Source of the DNA: Eledone cirrhosa
Lineage: Eukaryota
Direction: 5' to 3'
NCBI GenBank assembly: GCA_964016885.1
Contig: OZ024740.1
Span: 140,120,001-140,184,000, forward strand
Length of the DNA: 64,000 nt
Position numbers and translations under genes: made by a program. The notes beneath the pieces were generated by a model, which made no database searches, was not told where the DNA came from, and saw only the letters and a list, made by a program, of their open reading frames with translations. Shown one piece after another: positions 54,747-64,000 of the stretch. Position 1 is the first letter of the stretch. Every line of letters begins with the position of its first letter.

Positions 54747-56982
54747 GTATGTGCGTATGTATGTATATGTGTATATATGTATATACGTATGTATGTGTGT
54801 GTGTATGTATTTATATGCATATGTATGTATGTTCTTTTAGTTTTATTAATTTTAAGTACGACTTTCGTTATAATTTAGACATTAGCTTGTATATATATGT
54901 GTGCGTGCGTGCGTGCGTGTGTGTGTGTGTGTGTGTTTGGGTGTGTGTGTGTCTGTGTGTGTGTGTGTGTGTGTGTGTTTTGGTTGTATGCAGGTATGGA
55001 TGTTACGGCATGTATGGATATGTATGTTTTGATTTATATGCGGACAAATATGTATGTTCTATAACTATACATATGTTTCTATAACTATACTATATGCAGC
55101 TGTTACATGCTAATTTTCTGGCGTGTTTTATATATTATTACACTTCCATTAATGGTCGGTATTTGCAACTGCCTAACTAGCCGTGCTCATCTGATTCTCT
55201 GAACGCCAAGATTTGTACTGATACATTAGTAACATATCTAAATGCCTCAATGATCACAAGTACAAATCTAAAGGTATAAACAAGGTGGAGTATCTGCAGT
55301 TCTTCATTAGTTCAGCAGAAATGTTCTACTTTTCGCTAATCTTCAACACTATAATTGCAACACTACTGTGCAAGTCTTCTTTTCTCTGTCCCATACCACT
55401 ATTCCTCGTCTATTATATTTACATTTTATTGGAGTTTTGACTGAAACATTCCATCAGTACTCTTCCATATTATATTTGTGTATGTCCTCCACATTACTGT
55501 AACCTTTTATATTTTTATCTTCAGGACTATCCTTTCAACGAGTGTATATCTGTCTGCATATATGTATGGACACATAACTCCTGAGCACTTTAAACCCGAG
55601 GGAGCCCATCCCTCTCCTGATCTGAACATAGTCGATTACTTCTAGAAAAAGAGAGAAAGAGAGAAAGTGGGTAAGGGAGAAAGACGTATTGAGGAAGAAT
55701 CGGCTCTAGTACTGAACTGGTACTGTTTATTGACCTCGAATGGATGAAAGGCAAAATTGACCTCGGTTGGATTTGAGCTCAGAGCACAGCGAACCAGAAA
55801 GATATAACAAAGTATTCTACCCGACGTTCTAATGACGCTACTAATTTGCCTCCCACACTGATATAATACATTAAAATAGAAACGAATCAGTTATTTTTTT
55901 ACAACTTTATTAAATAATGAATTTCATTTAATTAGTAATTTTCTCGACTTTATATGTTTAGCGATGATTGCCTGCGGATGGTTCCTATCAAAAATGAAAC
56001 CTATTAGGTCCAGGAGTTATATATAGAATTTGATTTTCAGCTTATCAACGAATTGTTCATTTCACTCTTGTTTAAGCAAGAGTGAAATTAGCCGTGACAT
56101 GAAAATCTTAATAAAAATGTGTATGTCTGTGCTTATATATGTGGGCGTATTTATATGAAAATGTTTATATATATATTCGTACACACACACACACTATATA
56201 TATATATGTGTGTGTGCGTGTGTGTGAGTGTGTGTGTGTGTCTATATAATGTGTATGTGTAAGAAGGTGTGTGCCCTATCAAAGTGTTATGAACATTAAA
56301 AGTTTATAGATGGTAATAAATATATCGCATTATGCTAGTTACGTGACTTACGCTACGCCCTAATACAGTCAACCAGAATATTTACAACGCCCAGACTGTA
56401 TTATAACTGATAACATCTCTGATCTTTTATTTCTTCAGAAATCATTTACATACCAATAAATTCCTGGGAGGATTTTTTAAAATAAATTATATGCAATACC
56501 GAGTCAGCGAATTGGTGGAGTCGTTAACATATCAGATAGATTGATTCGAAGTATTCGTTTCAGCTCTCTCCGCTTCATGTTCAAAATCTACCGAGGATAA
56601 CTTTAACTTTCACCCTTTTTAAGATCAATAAATTAATGTATCAAGCATTAGGGTTGATATGATTGACAGTTCTCTTTCTTCAGATGCATGTCCTTGACCT
56701 TGTCTTTGAAATTAACTATATTACATTCACTCACACATACACACGTGTGTGTGTGTGGCTGGGTGTGTATTTGTAACATCGATGTAAATATATATTTGCA
56801 AGACATATGAAGGAGTTATTTTTACAATTCTACAAGTAATTCTTAGGTCGGCTGAAACTTGGAGACACCGACTTTTAAGACTTTTGACCGGAAAAAAGAC
56901 CTCATTAGTACATTAACGAATGATATATATATACATTTAAGTATGTGCGTCTTTTTCTCTCTCTCATTTCTGTCTGTCTCTC

Positions 56983-57013
<31 letters not shown>

Positions 57014-57104
57014 CTCTTTTTCTCTGACCGCCTCTACATATTCATATATATATATATATGTGTGTGTGTGTGTTTATATATACATACATACATACATACA
57101 TAGA

Positions 57105-57205
<101 letters not shown>

Positions 57206-57214
57206 GTTCTACCT

Positions 57215-57475
57215 GTACTCGAGGGTGCCAGTTGAAGTGTACAGAGCTGAAGTGTTTATTCTATAGATAGATAGTTTTTTTAAGGCCGGCTATATAACCT
57301 GAATATTCACACATCAATTTCTTTCTAATCCAGTAAGTTTTTTATATCAATAAAGAGTCGTGGTCGGTTCATGGTGAAGTCTCTCAAATATTTGCCTACT
57401 GCTTCTTGAACAAATTATCTCAAAAAATACGCTTCTATTTCTTAAAATGATAAATCGACTGTAATGAATATGTGT
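57215..57475 (-). mobile_element. Possible decayed mariner 3' end
   Basis: TIR-like ta-ctcgagggtgccagttgaag; minus-strand remnants DIKNLLD..CVNIQ resemble a mariner transposase C-terminus. Confidence 0.35.
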
Positions 57476-57850
57476 TTCTTTTTTACCGATGTCGTTTAAT
57501 GAAAGTATATCAACATATCTTTTTCAGAACGACGCAATTTTTTTTCACATACAAACATTCGGAAGATATATAGATGTTTGTATTTATTTGATCTGTGTGT
57601 ATGTGTGTGTGTGTGTAATAAAATCGGTGAATGTGGAAAAAGAAAACAGTGCTCAACCTGGTGTGAGAGCTAATATATTATATTATATTATTTATTTATG
57701 TCCATAGATATTTTAACGGTATCTTCAAACTCGTCCAAGCGCCTGATAACTAGGTCACATTGGACGAACGAGCTCAATCTAAAGAGATGGTCATAATTGG
57801 ACCTTCAATCCTTATATATTTAAGTATGTGCGTGTCTCCCTCTCTCTCTC

Positions 57851-57923
<73 letters not shown>

Positions 57924-58062
57924 GTGTGTGTGTAAGCATGGGTGTGTGTTCATATTTATATAGCGATATATGTTCTATTCCTCTTTGATATGTCGTATAC
58001 ACGCGCAAGTAATAGCGCAGAAATATTTATTTAGTAAGAAATTTTCCATATCTCCATTTTTA

Positions 58063-58102
<40 letters not shown>

Positions 58103-58237
58103 ATATATATGTATATATATATATGTGTGGGTGTGTGCGCGCGCGCACGTGTAAAATTTAAACAAAAATAACAACACAATCGGTACAGTATATGGAAGGG
58201 ATATATTAGGTTAACGCTTGAAATAGCAGGAAGAGGG

Positions 58238-58273
58238 TCTTAACATTTCGGACACTAGTCCTTCATCAGAAGA
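58238..58273 (-). ncRNA. Minimal type-I hammerhead ribozyme
   Basis: Minus strand: tctt-CTGATGA-a-ggac tagt gtcc-GAAA-tg-TT-aaga. Confidence 0.68.
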
Positions 58274-58639
58274 AAGAATGAGAAATAAGATAGATTGAGG
58301 GACGGTCGGGATGGAATTGGAAAAAATGTCTTTAGATAAAAATAACAGGTCCATTCATGTTGACATAGGACCCCGACGGCTGAGATCCGAGTCGGATCTA
58401 GCTGTCGAAACAGCTGCAGCTCAGGCGTCGGGGTCCTGACTCTTTTCCTATTACCCACTCTACTACCCTAAGTATTGAGTACTCTGGTGCGTTATGGTCC
58501 ACCTTCTTTGTTTTATATATAAATATATATATAATATAGAAATGGCTTCTACAGGACTAGAACTGTTTCATTCGGAGGAAATCATCTACTATGTATTGAG
58601 TACCTTACTTACTGTGGTTACCCCCGACTGAACCTGGAT

Positions 58640-58678
<39 letters not shown>

Positions 58679-58683
58679 CATAC

Positions 58684-58817
<134 letters not shown>

Positions 58818-59042
58818 GTGTGCGTATGTGCTTTTGTGTCGGGTGTATGTGTTTATAAACAAATGTGTCATTTCACATTAATCTACTAATGGAAGCTAAA
58901 CGATTCGTTTTGATCGTCTTCAATGTGGCTGAATTATCTCGTCTCATAAGCGATCATTTGGTAAATTCGTTCCAAATAATCCCCCTGTTTATAAATAGGC
59001 ATATATATGTGTATAATAATATGTATGTATATAAGAATAATC

Positions 59043-59148
<106 letters not shown>

Positions 59149-59734
59149 CTTTGTCTGTCCTCAACCATACCAACACGCATGCATACATACACGAACCTGT
59201 ACCATATATTACCCACGTTCACATTAACACGTTAGTATTTACATGTGCATATGTGTTCCGGCTTGTAGTCCTGAATTGTAGACTGGTGTTAGACTCAGTT
59301 CATCACTTGGTTTAGTGCCACCACCTGGCCCTTGAGTGCCTGTATCAGAGCTCACTCTACAAACAGATATATTTACCTATATGTGTATCTGAGTCTAAAG
59401 ACATTGTTGAACACATAACATATTGCATACCACATACACACACCTATGTCAGCTACACATTTTGTAGCCGGGATACTCTTTAAACATCTTCGTCTTTTCT
59501 TTCTTTCTCTCGTCCTTTCCTTCATTTTCGTTTTTCCGTTTCTTTCTACACAAACCTGTGAAAATGTTATTTTTAAATTCTTCACTGCTCTTCTCATCTG
59601 GTTCCAATAGTGAGACAAACAAGTGGAATTCCTTTATTCTAACGGAATGAGTTGAGGGTGAAAAAAAGAGATAGAAAGAGAAATAGAAAGAAAGAAGTAA
59701 TAAAAGACAAAAAAAGAATAAAGGGATGAAATCA

Positions 59735-59786
<52 letters not shown>

Positions 59787-60176
59787 GAGACAATTTACAG
59801 TACCCACCAAAAAAAACATTTATGAGAGGAGAGAATGCAATAGTAACATAAAGGGTCGCGAATAAAATGCGGAGACTGAAGAATCAGACAAAACTCCAAA
59901 TAACAACAGTAAATGAAGGACAGTGAAGAATGTCCGAGAATTCCTGCGAGTTTCTGTGAGGGATGTTTTCATTGTTTGGTATTGGTTAGAATATTGTTGT
60001 AGTGATGTTGATATTTTGGTAGTTCAAAAGTATCGAGTGAGGTGTAAAACAAAGCAAAATAATCCAAAGGTGTCAGTTGTGACATATGGTTGATGGCTAG
60101 AAGATATTAACATACATAGTTAGCATTTATTAGTGTGTATGTGTGTATGTCTATACATATATATTTCTATACATAA

Positions 60177-60229
<53 letters not shown>

Positions 60230-60335
60230 TTCATTATGGAATAAAACAGTACTAGTCCTGCAGAAGTCACTTGTGTCTCTGAATTCAAATCCCACCGAGG
60301 TTAAATTTTCCTTTCATCATTTCGAGATCGATAAA

Positions 60336-60393
<58 letters not shown>

Positions 60394-61749
60394 AAGAACT
60401 CTACAGTGTTCAGACCTGGAGAGAAGATGGGGTCCACCAGGTATAAAGTGCGCAAGACAAACTGTATGTCACTACGACACTCCTATGCTTCCATCAGGAG
60501 TTACGTGCTCATACATACTAATTACCTAGAGAAATGGACTCTACAATCTATATAAAGTATAAGTCAAAGAGGCGATGTGTTCAAACGGGATGCTTTGCGT
60601 TATCTAATCCGGCTCTTTTCGATCTGAGTTCAAATCCCGCCTCTTTCTTCCAGGGGTTACCACCGATAAATATTACCAGCAATGGAAAGACCAAAGGAAA
60701 TGTAGATTCCTTGGTCCTATATGACAATCGAGTCCTTTCGCTTTTCCTTCTCTCACCTAACAAAATAGCTTCTATATTCGTGGGATGTGATCAAAGAAGT
60801 AGTTTTTATAAAGTTGCACAACTTCATAGAAAAAGGAATCAAATCTCCCTCAAAATCGTCATAGCCGTCTTAGAAAAGAATGATTCCCTATATAATGTCG
60901 TCCTGGGGACCACAACTGGAACATATTAGACTATCGGTCTGATTATTATAGCAATAACTGCAACTACAGCAGATGTTAATGTCTTTCACTAAAGTGTGAA
61001 AATAGATGTATGAATGCAGATATAGCAGAGTGATTAAGAAGTTCGCTTCACAATCATGAGGTTCCAGGTTCGATCCCACTGCGTAACAACTTTTTATGGC
61101 AAATATTTTGACCATAGCCTCGAATTGACCCAAGCCTTTTAGGAAAAATGAATAAGCAGAAACTGTTTGCAAACCCTTCGCGTGGGTTGTTCTTGTAAAA
61201 GGTCCAGCTTTGTCACATACTGTGTCACACTGATTATGCTTAAGAATTATGTTAAGTATACCCGTGTTTGTGAAATAATAAACCACTTACATACACACTA
61301 ATTCACCATAGATGTAATTTGAAGTCTCAACTGAAACCGCCGCATATAGATGAACCTTAGAGACTTTGCTACTACAGCACGGATATTCATAGCAACATCC
61401 GTATCTTAGAAGGGTATAGTGCCGGATCTCCAGTTGAACGAACAACCCAATGCTCACCGTCGAAACTAATGAAGGACCCATCAAAACTGATGTACTTAAC
61501 AATCTTGAATTGAAACCTTGATACCCAAACAAACTGTTGACACATTGCTACTGTACCACGGATTGTCATGACAACACCCATTACTTAGTAGCATATATAG
61601 TGTCGAACTAGTGGCGCCACTGGGCTATAAAACCATCCTACTGTAACTACATATCTGATCTTAAGCCAGCCCTGTGTTATGGTTACCGCTGTACAGACAC
61701 GACTGGGATTTTTTACTTAATCACTAGTTCAGTCAATAAAAATAATATG

Positions 61750-61887
<138 letters not shown>

Positions 61888-61987
61888 CGCAAGTAAGAAA
61901 TAACTAAGGTTGTATCAAATACGTACAAGCACACATTTATCTATAGATTTACAGACATACACATGCGCAAACACACACACACATACA

Positions 61988-62032
<45 letters not shown>

Positions 62033-62719
62033 CAAGTAAGTATGTTTTGAAACAGTGAGCAGGTTTGAAATTAGAAAATAGAATAGCTTTCACCGTATTT
62101 TTTACTAAAGAAATTTTAGCCTGATAATGGGGTTTAGAACCCTCAGATAAATGGAAAAAGATGAGTATTGACATACACATACACATATATAGATATATAT
62201 ACACTTACTCATACACATGTACATTTATTTTCTTTCATATATATTTTTTTTAAATATTAATATATAAGAAAAAACAGAGTTACTTAAAAATAAATTGCGA
62301 TTGAGAAGGTTTAACCTCAATGTGTTTATACCGACAGAAATATAGTGAGGAGACTTTTAAAGAGTAGGGGAAAGGTGGCAATTTTAACTAAGAACATAAA
62401 AAACAAATTAAGATGACAGAAAGAAATTCTTACATAGAGAAATAGAATGGATCAGTGCAGGGGGTTCTTTGAAAAGGATGTGATTTCCTTGTTAGGGTTT
62501 TTATGGGACTGCCTGGTCTTAACCCTTTAGCATTTACGATATATACTATTATATTTTCATAGTAAAGGCTTTACCTCACATAATATCGAATCTATGAGAT
62601 TTTGATATTTATTTGAGAACAATACCTTAACATCAGTATGTGTGGCCAGTTACAACCAGTTTGAAAGAGGTGAGAGAATTCTGGCCAGATACGGCCGGTT
62701 TAAATGCTAAAATGTTAAC

Positions 62720-63570
62720 ATTTAATTTGAGCTTGTCTAGGGACCTTCTAAATCTGTAAGCTAGTTCGCCTGTAGGGGTTGTATTGACGAACATTACACT
62801 CTGGTATTTATTGCTATCATACCATGAGTTAATTTTATTTGCCTTATTCCTAATCATTTCTATTCTATTCCAAGATGTTCTCCTATACATGGTGCAAGTC
62901 CCATTTGCATCGTTTTCTACAATCTTTGCCCATTTGGTCCTGGCTCCTTTATATACCCTGATCTTATTTCTCTAATTGTAACGAAAGAACTGCATGCGAT
63001 CGATGAAGTGTTGTATGTGTCTCTCTAATTCTTTAGGGTTGCACACGCGAGACACGTTCCTCATTACTCTTACTAAGTCTGCAATCAGTATATTGATTTT
63101 AATGTGATCCAAAACAGCTGAATTTCGATGGATCAAGATCTTGGGTTTGGCATAATGCAAATGGAGGATTTGCGTTCTATTACTAATAGTTTCCAGCCAG
63201 AGTTCTGTGTCTAGTACGGGTAATCTATGGTTGGGGTGTTTGCTTGGGTAGTCTATAGTAACTTTAATACTCTGGTGGATAGAGTTAGCTATTTCTTGGA
63301 AGTTTCCCATGGTGTTCTTCTCTAATTCCTGACTGTTCTCCAGTGGGGGTCTTTTTACTATGATATTTATGTCATCTACGTAGCGGGAGTACATAGTCAG
63401 GGTTGTCGTCTAAGCGTTCCTTAAGTCATCTGTCCCACCATACCATAAAGAGGTTAGCTATATTACCTGCAATGCTGACGCCAATGGCTGCTCCCTCCTC
63501 TTGGGCATATGTTTTTTCATTAAACTTGAACATATGTTTCTTAGGGGTCAGTTTTATAGTGGCATGAGAC
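62720..63570 (-). mobile_element. Decayed PLE reverse transcriptase, a different family from 12187
   Basis: KHMFKFNEKTYAQEEGAAIGVSIAGNIANLFMVWWD, YSRYVDD, SIKVTIDYPS..RLPVLD, HYAKP, HRNSA, VMFVNTTPTGEL; stops and frameshifts. Confidence 0.85.
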
Positions 63571-64000
63571 TTCAAGCTTATCAAAAGACTCCCTCAGTTA
63601 GGACCGATTTGTTCCAAAGTGATTGCTGCCAGTAACAAATTCGAAACGGGTGAAAATTATCACGTGGCTAGCAGTCAAGATAGAAGTGTTGTGAAGGGTA
63701 GACTGGTGGTCAGTAAGTTCATTGCTAGAAGTTACCGCCTAATTTTACTCAACCTAAGGGAGTTAGAACAAAGTCATAAGGAACATATATATTTAAACAT
63801 AAGCATAGATACATATATGAATGTAGACTACCGTCAACGGTGTGGCTCAATGGATGAATGAATTAAATAGATAAATATTAATCAGAAATGGAATAGAATG
63901 AAACGAAATTTCATTTCTCACTCTTAGTACGGCACTTACTTAAATGTAAGTATGTATGTATACGTACATACATATATGTATACAGACGTACAGTAGCATG

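Noticed and set aside
61287-61581. Minus-strand exon ending at a GTAAGT donor (61290)
   Set aside because: No acceptor or recognisable peptide; the segment contains ccgtcgaaac resembling decayed PLE terminal repeats.

Overview
AT-rich, microsatellite-saturated animal DNA with (TA)n, (CA)n, (GA)n and (AAG)n runs. The SINE/LINE content suggests a mollusc, probably a cephalopod such as Octopus (inference). Most ORF-track entries are microsatellite read-throughs. Recognisable elements are two Penelope-like retroelement (PLE) ORFs, several decayed RTE-type LINEs (one with a twin-priming inversion), a CRE-type endonuclease tail, an Hsmar2-like mariner deletion derivative, a hAT-like element, Helitron-like ends and many tRNA-derived SINEs. 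The main hidden layer is about 20 type-I hammerhead ribozyme (HHR) motifs from at least eight sequence families, read by eye. Most lie in short PLE terminal-repeat fragments inserted in (TA)n and often folded back into long inverted repeats. They include U3-A8 compensatory-core variants (UUGAAAA) and a family with a ~60-110 nt stem II. Also present are a recent ~1.8 kb-arm inverted duplication and a signal-peptide-led 78-bp minisatellite ORF that reads as mucin-like in one frame and extensin-like in another. No host gene could be firmly established. Coordinates were counted by hand and element boundaries are approximate.
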